Shown here: positions 1 through 8,218 of the stretch, piece by piece | Position numbering within the stretch: position 1 is the stretch's first letter | Layout of the letters: every line of letters starts with the position of its first letter | DNA from: Rhodospirillales bacterium | GTDB taxonomy: Bacteria > Pseudomonadota > Alphaproteobacteria > ATCC43930 > CGMCC-115725 | Direction of reading: 5' to 3' | NCBI GenBank assembly: GCA_028291405.1 | Contig: JAQGID010000226.1 | Location: 1,177-65,176 of the forward strand | Length of the DNA: 64,000 bases | Translations under genes and position numbers: made by a program | Notes under the pieces: generated by a model | Database searches by the model: none | Told to the model about the DNA's origin: nothing | What the model saw: the letters and a program-made list of their open reading frames with translations, nothing else

Positions 1-560
1 TCGACGCGATAGAGTAGCGAATACTCGCTCTGTAGCGCGGTGATCGGGTGCACCTTGTGGGCGCGGCGGATCGTCTCGGGATGAGCCTCGCTGAGCCCGA
101 GGGCGCGGACCTTGCCGGCGGTGATCAGGCTTGCCATGGCGCCTATCGTCTCCTCGATCGGCACATTGGGATCGACGCGGTGCTGGTAGTAGAGATCGAT
201 CGTCTCGACGCCGAGTCGCTTGAGGCTCGCGTCACAGGCGGCGATGACGTATTCCGGCCGTCCGTCGACGCCGTTGCCGCCGTCGGGCCGCTTGGTCTGG
301 CCGAATTTCGAGGCGATCACGACGCGATCGCGTTTGCCCGCCACCGCCCGTCCGACGAGCGTCTCGTTGTGGCCCCAGCCATACATGTCGGCGGTGTCGA
401 ACAGCGTGACGCCCTGCTCGATCGCGAAGTGGATAAGGGCGATCGACGCCTCGTCATCGCTGGCGCCGTAGACGCCGGACAGCGACATGCAGCCGAGGCC
501 GATCCGCGAGACTTCGAGATCGCTGTTGCCGAGACGCGTTTTTTCGATGCCGCTGGCCAT
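1..560 (-). CDS. aldo/keto reductase (N-terminal part; gene runs off the left edge)
   Basis: Minus-strand ATG at 560; absent from the ORF track because there is no stop in the window. Translation [63 protein letters not shown] fits the AKR N-terminal pattern. Confidence 0.8.
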   Translation of the reverse strand, partial: MASGIEKTRLGNSDLEVSRIGLGCMSLSGVYGASDDEASIALIHFAIEQGVTLFDTADMYGWGHNETLVGRAVAGKRDRVVIASKFGQTKRPDGGNGVDGRPEYVIAACDASLKRLGVETIDLYYQHRVDPNVPIEETIGAMASLITAGKVRALGLSEAHPETIRRAHKVHPITALQSEYSLLYRV

Positions 561-633
561 TGCGTTCTCCTCGTTGCAATGGCGAGAAGCTGGAGCGCCG
601 ATGCCGCCCTGTCAACTAGCGGCACGCGGAAGG

Positions 634-1527
634 CTATTGCGTCCGCCAGCGCTCGTCGAGCAAGGCGGCGGAGACGAGGCGACGCGCGAGCACAGTCGGA
701 GTCAGCGGGCAAAGCCCGTAAGTCAGATGCGCGGTAACGCTGGCACCGAGCAGATCGTAGTCGCCAGCCGAGGCGGCGGCGAGCAGGCCGCCGAGGCGCC
801 GCACCATGTCGAGACGCGTCACCAGCAGGCGCCGGATGGGCAGCGGCCGGAAGGCGGCGACGACGGCCTCCGCCTCCGCCGGCTCGATATTTGCCGGCAG
901 GACGAGGATCGGCTCGGCCCGCGCCGCGCCGACCAGCGCGGTGAGATGGGTCATCTCTCGCGCGTCGAAGGGATTGATTCCCGATGTATCGACGATCATC
1001 CGCCCCGGCGCGCGGCGCAGCGAGCGCGCGAGCTCCGCGACCTCGTTCAGTGGACGCAGCTCCGTGCCGGTGATTGCCCCGAACTCGGCGAGCTGCAGCG
1101 CCGCGCCGCGGCGCTTGTCGTCGCCGTCGACGATGATGGATGGCCCGCGCCGCACCGCCGCGGCGAGCTTGGCGGCGAGTGTCGTCTTGCCGACGCCCGG
1201 CGGTCCGACGAGGGCGATGACATTGTGCCGCGAGAGGGTTCGCAGCGACGCGAAGGAGAGGCAGCTGGCCAGCGCCGCCGCGAGGCCGGCGAGCGCCTCG
1301 TGCACGAACCGAGCAGGATCGTCCGCCGTCGCGGCGGCTTCGCACGCCGCCGCCGCGAGCTGTTCCGCGAGGGGCGCCGGAACGTGATTGGCCCGGAGAA
1401 CCTCGGCAATGACGAGGTCTGGCCGGGCGAGCCTCATTCCGGCTTCGTCACGCGACAATGGCGCGAACCCGCCGTCGTCGCGAGATTTGCCGTCACTGCC
1501 CTCGAAATTGACCTGAACCAAGCGCAT
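634..1527 (-). CDS. FlhF-like SRP-family GTPase
   Basis: 297 aa. G1 GPPGVGKTTLAAKLAA, DTSG (G3) and LVTRLD (G4-like) motifs, typical of the FlhF/FtsY/Ffh G domain. Confidence 0.7.
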   Translation of the reverse strand: MRLVQVNFEGSDGKSRDDGGFAPLSRDEAGMRLARPDLVIAEVLRANHVPAPLAEQLAAAACEAAATADDPARFVHEALAGLAAALASCLSFASLRTLSRHNVIALVGPPGVGKTTLAAKLAAAVRRGPSIIVDGDDKRRGAALQLAEFGAITGTELRPLNEVAELARSLRRAPGRMIVDTSGINPFDAREMTHLTALVGAARAEPILVLPANIEPAEAEAVVAAFRPLPIRRLLVTRLDMVRRLGGLLAAASAGDYDLLGASVTAHLTYGLCPLTPTVLARRLVSAALLDERWRTQ

Positions 1528-1606
1528 CTGCGTGCCCCGTTGCGAGGCACGATCTTGGCGGCGATTGCTTAAAATTGAATGTTGCCGGCGATGCGCCCTG
1601 CCGTTT

Positions 1607-2044
1607 TCACGCCGTCAGGCGACTTCTCTCTTCTTGCATTGCTTGCGCGATGCGGTCGGCCTCCGCCGGGGTGAGAAGCTCACGGGCGATCGGGAATATG
1701 ACGCCTTCCTCCTCGTCGACATGGTGCTCGACCTCTTCCTTCAACTCGCGCAGCTGGGCGATGAAGGCGTCGCTCTCGCTGTCGAGATCATCGAGCTCCT
1801 CGAGCAACTCTTCGATGTCGACGTGCTCCTCGAGCGATTCCTCAATCCGATCGGTCATCTCTGGGAGGTCGCTGAGAGCGGCGTAGAAGGTGTTCTCCTC
1901 GGCCTCCTTATGGACCGTCAACTCCTGCTTCAGCGTCTTGAACAGCCGGGTCCGCTCCGCCGCGGCGATCTCGAGCGCATCGAGCAGGCCGAACAGCTCG
2001 ATCACTCTCTGATGGTCCTGTTTGATGAGGGAATAGATGTCCAA
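1607..2044 (-). CDS. hemerythrin (HHE cation-binding) domain protein
   Basis: LDIYSLIKQDHQRVIELF..HKEAEENTFY..EEHVDIEE..HHVDEEE His/Glu pattern. TTG start at 2044 preceded by GAGGAG. The ATG at 2152 is rejected because it would place a terminator hairpin inside the coding region. Confidence 0.75.
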   Translation of the reverse strand: MDIYSLIKQDHQRVIELFGLLDALEIAAAERTRLFKTLKQELTVHKEAEENTFYAALSDLPEMTDRIEESLEEHVDIEELLEELDDLDSESDAFIAQLRELKEEVEHHVDEEEGVIFPIARELLTPAEADRIAQAMQEERSRLTA

Positions 2045-2068
2045 GACCGTCTCCTCGGCTGCCGTCGC

Positions 2069-2103
2069 AAAAAAAAACGCGCGGAACGAGTCACCGTTCC
2101 GCG
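2069..2103 (-). terminator. rho-independent terminator downstream of the small lipoprotein gene
   Basis: Minus strand reads CGCGGAACG-gtgact-CGTTCCGCG (perfect 9-bp stem), then CG and a run of 9 T. Confidence 0.7.
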
Positions 2104-2226
2104 GAGTAATCAAAGGTTGCGGTCGGGGGGCCGGCCCCCGGCTTCGCCGCAAGGCGTCACCGCCGAGCCCGGGTTTAACGCGCGGCGCGCCCGACCTGCC
2201 GGGTCAGGCAGTGCCGCGAATCTCCG

Positions 2227-2496
2227 TCAGCGGGAATTCGTCGTCGAGCCGGCGTTGCTCGGCGTATCCGGGTTGGCGGGCATCGCGCTCGAGCCGCTGC
2301 CCGTCGTGGTCGAGGAGGAGCCCACGCCCGGGGTCGGTGCGGCGGCCGGCGGCGTGCTCATGCTGCTGCTCGGCGCGCTGCTGGATGCCGGGGCCCGCGG
2401 CGGCGGACTTGACGAGCCGGTGTTCGAGCCGTTGTCGCAGGCGACAAGTGCCAGGGTCGCAAGCGTCGCACTTGCAGCGATGATCGTCATTCTCAT
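2227..2496 (-). CDS. small Ser/Thr/Pro-rich lipoprotein (89 aa)
   Basis: MRMTIIAASATLATLALVAC has a signal peptide with lipobox LVAC. GGAGA RBS upstream of the ATG at 2496. The low-complexity mature part cannot be assigned a function. Confidence 0.6.
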   Translation of the reverse strand: MRMTIIAASATLATLALVACDNGSNTGSSSPPPRAPASSSAPSSSMSTPPAAAPTPGVGSSSTTTGSGSSAMPANPDTPSNAGSTTNSR

Positions 2497-2731
2497 GGTC
2501 GGGTTCTCCGAATAATTGTGCACGGAAGCGCTTCGGGCGACAATTCGCACAGTGGCGCTCTCCTTTTCGAGAACATGAGCGGCGCGAAAATCTCTCCTTG
2601 CTTGCATGAAACCGACAGGAGACGACGACGAATGATCGCGCTGGTTTCTGAGCCCGCCGGGAAATGACGTGCAAACCCGATGTATCGACCGACGCCCGGC
2701 CGCTTTATGATGCAGCGAGCTTCGACTGTAC

Positions 2732-3547
2732 ATGTGTCGGGAAATGACGGGCATCGTCGGCGCTCTGGCGCATCTTGCCGCCCTTGCCGTGGTTTTCGTC
2801 CTGACCGGCGGGAGCGCCGCCCAGGCGGCCTGCACCGCGGTCGCAGGGCGCGACACCGGAATCATGCCGGCGTCGTACCGCGCCGTCGCGGCGGCGCCCG
2901 GTGAGGTCGCCGTCACGTTTCTCGGTCACGCGAGCTTTCTCATCGAAAGCCCGGGCGGCGTCACCGTCGTGACCGACTACAATGACCTCAACCGGCCGAC
3001 CTTTACGCCCGACGTCGTGACGATGAACCACGCACATTCGACGCATTACACCGATCGCCCCGATCCCGCGATCAAGCTCGTTCTACGCGGCTGGGATCCT
3101 GGCGGCGGTATTGCCGACATCGACGTAACCTTCGGCGATGTCCGTATTCATAACGTGCCGACCAATATTCGTGACTTCGGCCGCACCGAGTTCGGCGGGA
3201 ATTCGATTTTCGTCTTCGACGTCGCGGATCTATGCATCGCGCACCTCAGCCATCTGCATCACACCTTGACCGAGCAGCACCTCGCCGAGCTTGGGCCGAT
3301 CGATGTGCTCATGGCGCCCGTCGACGGGACGTGGACGCTGAGCCACGACGACATGATCGAGGTCATCGAGCAGATCCGCCCTGCGCTGGTCCTGCCAATG
3401 CATTACTTCACCGACCGGGTCGTCGACACGTTCATCGCCAAGCTAGGAGACCGCTATCGAGTGCGGCGCAGTGAAACGGCACGAATCGAACTATCGCGTA
3501 CGAATTTGCCTCGCCGCACGGAGGTCCTGGTCATGCCTGGTCACTGA
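2732..3547 (+). CDS. secreted MBL-fold metallo-hydrolase family protein
   Basis: N-terminal hydrophobic signal. VTFLGHASFLIE..VVTMNHAHSTHY..LPMHY pattern of the Lactamase_B_3/UPF0173-like group. Start may be 2744. Confidence 0.75.
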   Translation: MCREMTGIVGALAHLAALAVVFVLTGGSAAQAACTAVAGRDTGIMPASYRAVAAAPGEVAVTFLGHASFLIESPGGVTVVTDYNDLNRPTFTPDVVTMNHAHSTHYTDRPDPAIKLVLRGWDPGGGIADIDVTFGDVRIHNVPTNIRDFGRTEFGGNSIFVFDVADLCIAHLSHLHHTLTEQHLAELGPIDVLMAPVDGTWTLSHDDMIEVIEQIRPALVLPMHYFTDRVVDTFIAKLGDRYRVRRSETARIELSRTNLPRRTEVLVMPGH

Positions 3548-3689
3548 TCGCCGAAGCCGTAGAGCGCAAGCTCGGGGGCGGCAAGAAAATAACAGTAATC
3601 ATTGAACCGATTTCGTGGGATTATTTCGCCGCACAAGCGTTCGACACTTGACGCGCGCGCGCCTATTAATCCAATGAAGGAAGCTGACG

Positions 3690-4166
3690 ATGCCGAACGA
3701 TTTGCCTACGACGCGGAGCCAAGAAGAGCTGTTGCGTATGGTGACCGATATCGTCGCGAGCTATGTCAGCCACGCCAAAGTCGCCGCCAGCGAATTGCCA
3801 GAGCTGATCGAGTCGGTCTATCAGAGCTTGAACCAGCCGGCCGCCGTGCCGCCGCCGCCGCTCGAGCCCGCGGTGGCGGTCCGCAAGTCGATTACCCCGG
3901 ACTATCTCATCTGTCTCGAAGACGGCGCCAAGCTCAAGATGCTGAAACGCTATCTGATGACAAGCTATGGGCTGACGCCTGAAGCCTATCGCGTCAAGTG
4001 GGGTCTGCCACGCGACTACCCGATGGTCGCGCCGAACTACGCCAAACGCCGGTCTGCCCTCGCCAAGGAAAGCGGTCTCGGGCGTAGGCGAGAGCCGGAA
4101 GATACCGATCGGGTCGCTGCCGCTAAGGCGGCCGCCCCACGCCGCCGCGGCCGCCCGCGCGCCTGA
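3690..4166 (+). CDS. MucR/Ros family transcriptional regulator
   Basis: SITPDYLICLEDGAKLKMLKRYLMTSYGLTPEAYRVKWGLPRDYPMVAPNYAKRRSALAKESGLG aligns by eye to the Ros/MucR DNA-binding core. GAAGGAAG RBS. Confidence 0.85.
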   Translation: MPNDLPTTRSQEELLRMVTDIVASYVSHAKVAASELPELIESVYQSLNQPAAVPPPPLEPAVAVRKSITPDYLICLEDGAKLKMLKRYLMTSYGLTPEAYRVKWGLPRDYPMVAPNYAKRRSALAKESGLGRRREPEDTDRVAAAKAAAPRRRGRPRA

Positions 4167-4308
4167 CTCCGCGCCGCCGTGCGGAGCGCCGTGGTTCCGA
4201 TTGGGAAGTGGGTGATGCATGTGCGCGACGTCGATCGCGCGAACTCACCTTCGCCGCGTATTCTGCTATCATGTATTCGATTGGCGGTCGTCGTCGCGAT
4301 CGTTCAGG

Positions 4309-5307
4309 ATGCGCGTCATGCTGCTGCAACCCCGTGACAGGTCGCGACCGGCGGCCGAGACGAATGTCTCGGTGGGACTGACCGCAGTCGTCGCGGCGGT
4401 CACCGACGAGGAGCCGCGCATTCTCGTCGTACGTCAGACCGGGAGTCGCGATGCCTTGCCGGCGGGTCCGCTCGAGCCGCACCATCGGACACTGGACGCC
4501 GGACTGCGTGCTTGGGTGGAGGCGCAGACCGAGCAGAGTCTCGGTTACGTCGAGCAGCTCTATACCTTCGGCGACCGCGACCGACAGGAGGGCGCGGGAC
4601 CCGACCAGGCTCGCATCGTCTCGGTCGGCTATCTCGCGCTGGTGCGCGAGATGCGGCCGTCCGGTGCCCTCGGCGCCGTCTGGCAGAACTGGTACCGCTA
4701 CTTCCCCTGGGAAGACTGGCGGGATGGCCGCCCCGCGATCTTCGCGGCCTTCGAGACTCAGCTGCAGCGCTGGGCCGCCGAGGCACCCAGCGAGGGCGAA
4801 CGGCGCACCCGCCAGGATCGTCTGCGCATCAATTTCGGGCTGCGCGGCGCGGCGTGGAACGACGAGCGGGTGCTCGACCGTTACGAGCTGCTCTACGAGG
4901 CGGGACTGGTGCCCGAGGCCGGCCACGATCGCCGCGACGATCCGCCGGTGACGCCATTGCTGCTCGAGCCCGACGAAGGCATGGCGGCCGACCACCGGCG
5001 TATCCTGGCGACGGCGATCGCGCGACTGCGCGGCAAGATCAAATATCGTCCTGTAGTCTTCGAGCTGATGCCGCCCACTTTCACCCTGCTGCAGCTGCAG
5101 CGCGCCGTTGAGGCGCTTGCCGGCGTGCGTCTCCACAAGCAGAACTTCCGGCGCCTGGTCGAGCAGCAGGGGCTGGTCGAAGAGACCGGCAAAATGGTGA
5201 CCGGCACCGGCGGCCGCCCCGCCCGAGAGGTCTGCTTTCGTCGCGAGGTCCTGCTCGAGCGGCTGGCGCCCGGTGTCAAGCTGCCGGTGGCGCGCCGCCG
5301 CGGATGA
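4309..5307 (+). CDS. Nudix-like domain plus winged-helix regulator (NadQ/NrtR-type, COG4111-like)
   Basis: VGLTAVVAAVTDEEPRILVV..LPAGPLE..LYTFGDRDR looks like a degenerate Nudix fold. The C-terminal FTLLQLQRAVEALAGVRLHKQNFRRLV looks like a wHTH. Start chosen at MRVMLLQ; the ORF opens at 4219. Confidence 0.6.
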   Translation: MRVMLLQPRDRSRPAAETNVSVGLTAVVAAVTDEEPRILVVRQTGSRDALPAGPLEPHHRTLDAGLRAWVEAQTEQSLGYVEQLYTFGDRDRQEGAGPDQARIVSVGYLALVREMRPSGALGAVWQNWYRYFPWEDWRDGRPAIFAAFETQLQRWAAEAPSEGERRTRQDRLRINFGLRGAAWNDERVLDRYELLYEAGLVPEAGHDRRDDPPVTPLLLEPDEGMAADHRRILATAIARLRGKIKYRPVVFELMPPTFTLLQLQRAVEALAGVRLHKQNFRRLVEQQGLVEETGKMVTGTGGRPAREVCFRREVLLERLAPGVKLPVARRRG

Positions 5308-5328
5308 GGGCGAACGCAACCGGCGCCA

Positions 5329-6579
5329 TCACGCCTCGCCGTCCCGCATCAGCCGATCGAGGTGCAGCCGGATGTGGGCTGCCTCGGCCGCTGTGTTGGC
5401 CAGCGCGATCGCCCGGTCGAACGCGATCCTAGCATCATCGCGACGGCCAAGCTGAAGCAGGAAGGCACCCTTCACCCCGAAGAAATTGAAATAGCCCGAG
5501 AGCCGCGGCTCGAGTGGCCCGATCATGTCGAGCGCCGCCGCCGGGCCGCGCAGCTTGGCGACGGCGACCGCGCGGTTGAGCGTAACCACCGGCGATGGCT
5601 GCAGCGTCTCGAGTGCGGCATAGAGGAGATCGATCTCCGCCCATTCGGTGTCTTCGGGGCGCGCCGCCCTGGCGTGGAGCGCCGCGATTGCCGCCTGCAC
5701 CTGATAAGGTCCGCGGCGGCGATGGCGCATCGCCTTGTCAATTAGCGCAAGTCCTTCGGCGATCATCTTGCGGTTCCAAAGCCCACGCTCCTGGTCATCG
5801 AGCAGAACGATGGCGCCCGTCGCTTCGAACCGCGCCGGCGCGCGGGCATGCTGAAGGAGAAGCAGCGCGGTCAGCCCCATGATCTCCGGCTCGCCCGGAA
5901 ACAGCCGCAGCAGCAGCCGCGCGAGGCGGATCGCCTCGTCGCAGAGTGGCGCGCGCGCCGCCGCCTGGCCGCCGCCTGCCGAATAGCCTTCGTTGAAGAA
6001 GAGGTAGATCATCGCGGCGACGACCGCGAGCCGGTCGGCGCGCTCGACCGCGCCCGGCGTGTCGAACGCGACCTCTGCCGCGGCAATCCGTTGCTTCGCG
6101 CGCGTGATCCGCTGCTCCATCGCCGCCTCGCCGACGAGAAAGGCGCGAGCGATCTGCGCGACTGAGAGACCGGAAACGATGCGCAGGGCGAGGGCGATCT
6201 GCTGCGTCGCCGGCAGATCCGGGTGGCAGCAGATGAACAGGAGCCGCAGGATGTCGTCGCGATAGTGCGAGCCGTCGAGCCGTTCGGCCATGTCTGCTTC
6301 GGCGTCGTCGAGATCCGAGATCAGCGCCTCTTCCGGCAGCGGCTCCTGCCGGCCGCGGCGGCGCACCGCGTCGATCGCGGCATTACGCCCGACGAAGATG
6401 AGCCAGGACGCCGGCTCGCGCGGCGGCCCATTGCGCGGCCAGGTCTTTAGTGCCCGCAGACAGGCTTCCTGGAACGCCTCCTCCGCGGTGTCGAGGTCGC
6501 GGAAATAGCGCAGCAGCGCGCCCAGCGCCTGGGGACGGGCGGAGGTGAGCGCCGCGTTGATCCAGGCGAGGTCGGTCAC
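5329..6579 (-). CDS. ECF sigma factor with long C-terminal TPR-like extension (ECF42-type)
   Basis: Sigma2 region EEAFQEACLRALKTWP..WLIFVGRNAAIDAVRRR and sigma4 region LSVAQIARAFLVGEAAMEQRITRAKQRI, followed by a ~230-aa helical-repeat tail. Start overlaps the YCII gene stop by 4 nt (ATGA). Confidence 0.85.
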   Translation of the reverse strand: MTDLAWINAALTSARPQALGALLRYFRDLDTAEEAFQEACLRALKTWPRNGPPREPASWLIFVGRNAAIDAVRRRGRQEPLPEEALISDLDDAEADMAERLDGSHYRDDILRLLFICCHPDLPATQQIALALRIVSGLSVAQIARAFLVGEAAMEQRITRAKQRIAAAEVAFDTPGAVERADRLAVVAAMIYLFFNEGYSAGGGQAAARAPLCDEAIRLARLLLRLFPGEPEIMGLTALLLLQHARAPARFEATGAIVLLDDQERGLWNRKMIAEGLALIDKAMRHRRRGPYQVQAAIAALHARAARPEDTEWAEIDLLYAALETLQPSPVVTLNRAVAVAKLRGPAAALDMIGPLEPRLSGYFNFFGVKGAFLLQLGRRDDARIAFDRAIALANTAAEAAHIRLHLDRLMRDGEA

Positions 6580-6950
6580 GCTGGCGCGGTCCCGGGCCGG
6601 AAATGGCCGACCGGGCGGATCTCGTAGGATCCGACGCCCTGGGAATTGGCACGCGCCAGCGAACGGGCGACCTCGATCGCCTCGTCAAGCGTCGCGCAGT
6701 CGACGATGTAGAAGCCGAGCAGCTGCTCCTTGGTCTCGGCGAACGGCCCGTCGATGACCAGGTTCTCGCGGCCCTTGCGGACTGTGGTTGCCGCCGTCGT
6801 CGGCAACAGCCGCGCGACCGGTCCGAGCCGGCCTTGCGCCGCCAGATCATTGGTCACGACGGCAAGCCGCACCATCGTCGCGTCGTCCTCCTGTTTGCTC
6901 CAGGCGCCGACGACGTCTTCGGAATCGTAGCAAAGGATGGCGTATCGCAT
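6576..6950 (-). CDS. YCII-related (DGPF) domain protein
   Basis: MRYAILCYDSEDV..VIDGPFAETKEQLLGFYIVDCATLDEAIEVA carries the DGPF motif. First gene of the two-gene operon with the ECF sigma factor. Confidence 0.8.
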   Translation of the reverse strand: MRYAILCYDSEDVVGAWSKQEDDATMVRLAVVTNDLAAQGRLGPVARLLPTTAATTVRKGRENLVIDGPFAETKEQLLGFYIVDCATLDEAIEVARSLARANSQGVGSYEIRPVGHFRPGTAPA

Positions 6951-7071
6951 GACCTCGTTCCTCACTCTCATAGGACGCGCGAGTATGCCCAACGCCGACA
7001 TGGCGTCGCATACAAATCAGAGCGCTTGCTCGTGCCCTAGAAGGAGACCTGCAAAGAAAGCACTTGACAGC

Positions 7072-7094
7072 CTTATACTCATCTCTAGCATAAG
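7072..7094. promoter_or_regulatory. palindromic operator-like site 1 (CTTATACTC-N5-TAGCATAAG)
   Basis: Arms match at 7 of 9 positions. Overlaps a TTGACA(7064-7069)-N16-TAGCAT promoter-like element. Shares AGCATAAGT with site 2, 64 bp away. Confidence 0.35.
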
Positions 7095-7103
7095 TCCTCT
7101 CAG

Positions 7104-7130
7104 CCGAGTGTTTAACTCGGTTCTTTTTTT
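7104..7130 (+). terminator. terminator-like hairpin in the nadA leader / divergent intergenic region
   Basis: CCGAGT-gttta-ACTCGG (6-bp stem) followed by TTCTTTTTTT. No plus-strand gene lies upstream to terminate, so the role is unclear. Confidence 0.3.
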
Positions 7131-7134
7131 GGCT

Positions 7135-7158
7135 TATAATGCTCAAAACGAGCATAAG
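7135..7158. promoter_or_regulatory. nadA promoter -10 (TATAAT) overlapped by palindromic operator-like site 2 (ATAATGCTC-N5-GAGCATAAG)
   Basis: Perfect TATAAT at 7135-7140 with TTTAAC 18 nt upstream. The ATGCTC-aaaac-GAGCAT inverted repeat lies immediately upstream of the nadA RBS. Confidence 0.4.
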
Positions 7159-7172
7159 TGAGGAACCTAGAG

Positions 7173-8210
7173 ATGGCGCCAGACACGATCGATTTCCTCG
7201 CCGATTCGACGAACCGTCACTTGGCCTATGGTCCGGAGATCGCCGCCCGGACGGCGCCTCTCTACGAGCGCGTGAAAACGGTCATTCCGGCAATCGAGTG
7301 GCCGGTTTTCGCGCCCTATATCGATGCGATCAACCGGCTCAAGCGGACGCGCAACGCCGTCATCTTGGCGCATAACTACCAGACGCCCGAGATCTTCCAC
7401 GGCGTCGCGGACATCACCGGCGATTCGCTGGTGCTCGCGCGTGAGGCGGCGAAAGTCGATGCAGACATCATCCTGCTCTGCGGCGTCCAGTTCATGGCCG
7501 AGACGGCCAAGCTGATGAACCCGCAGAAGACCGTCCTCATCCCCGATCTCGAGGCCGGCTGCTCGCTCGCCGCTTCGATCACCGGCGCCGACGTCCGGCT
7601 GCTGAAGCAGCGCTATCCCGGCGTTCCGGTCGTCTGCTACGTCAACTCCTCGGCCGAGGTGAAAGCCGAGAGCGACATCTGCTGCACGTCGGCCAACGCG
7701 GTGCAGATCGTCGAATCCTTCGGGGCCGAGCGCGTCATCATGCTGCCCGACGAGTATCTCGCCAAGAACACGGCGGCGCAGACCTCGGTCGAGATCATCG
7801 CCTGGCACGGCAAATGCGAGGTGCATGAACGGTTCTCGGCGGAGGACATCCGCGCCTATCGCGCCGCGACCCCTGGCATCATCGTCCTCGCTCATCCCGA
7901 ATGCCCGCCCGAGGTCGTCGCCGCGGCCGATTTCACTGGCTCGACGGCGGCGATGGCGGATTACGTCGGCCGCAATCGGCCGGCCCGCGTCGTTCTCGTC
8001 ACGGAATGCTCGATGAGCGACAACGTCGCTGCGGCGCATCCCGACATCGAGTTCGTCCGCCCGTGCAACCTCTGCCCACACATGAAGCGGATTACCCTGC
8101 CGAAGATCCTCGACGCGCTGGAGAGCCGGCGCTACGAGGTCACCGTCGATCCGGCGATCGCGGCGCGCGCCCGGCAGTCTGTCGAGCGGATGATCCAGGC
8201 AAGTCGCTAA
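7173..8210 (+). CDS. nadA: quinolinate synthase NadA
   Basis: [59 protein letters not shown] motifs. AGGA RBS 8 nt upstream of the ATG at 7173; the track start GTG 7158 is less likely. Confidence 0.95.
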   Translation: MAPDTIDFLADSTNRHLAYGPEIAARTAPLYERVKTVIPAIEWPVFAPYIDAINRLKRTRNAVILAHNYQTPEIFHGVADITGDSLVLAREAAKVDADIILLCGVQFMAETAKLMNPQKTVLIPDLEAGCSLAASITGADVRLLKQRYPGVPVVCYVNSSAEVKAESDICCTSANAVQIVESFGAERVIMLPDEYLAKNTAAQTSVEIIAWHGKCEVHERFSAEDIRAYRAATPGIIVLAHPECPPEVVAAADFTGSTAAMADYVGRNRPARVVLVTECSMSDNVAAAHPDIEFVRPCNLCPHMKRITLPKILDALESRRYEVTVDPAIAARARQSVERMIQASR

Positions 8211-8218
8211 CGGTAGGG

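Noticed and set aside
1607-2152. The ATG at 2152 as the hemerythrin start.
   Set aside because: The extra 36 codons are Arg/Pro-rich and would include the 9-bp hairpin plus T9 terminator. A TTG at 2044 with a GAGGAG RBS gives a canonical hemerythrin N-terminus.
2732-3547. This MBL-fold protein as the second quinoprotein relay metallohydrolase.
   Set aside because: It has a different subfamily pattern (LGHASFLIE, HAHSTH instead of HxHxDH) and lies 38 kb from the PQQ genes among unrelated neighbours.
7064-7094. TTGACA-N16-TAGCAT as a confirmed promoter driving a tiny transcript ending at the 7104..7130 hairpin.
   Set aside because: The transcript would be only ~35 nt. The hairpin is short (6 bp) and AT-rich, and either element could occur by chance in this AT-rich spacer. 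It is kept as a low-confidence observation.
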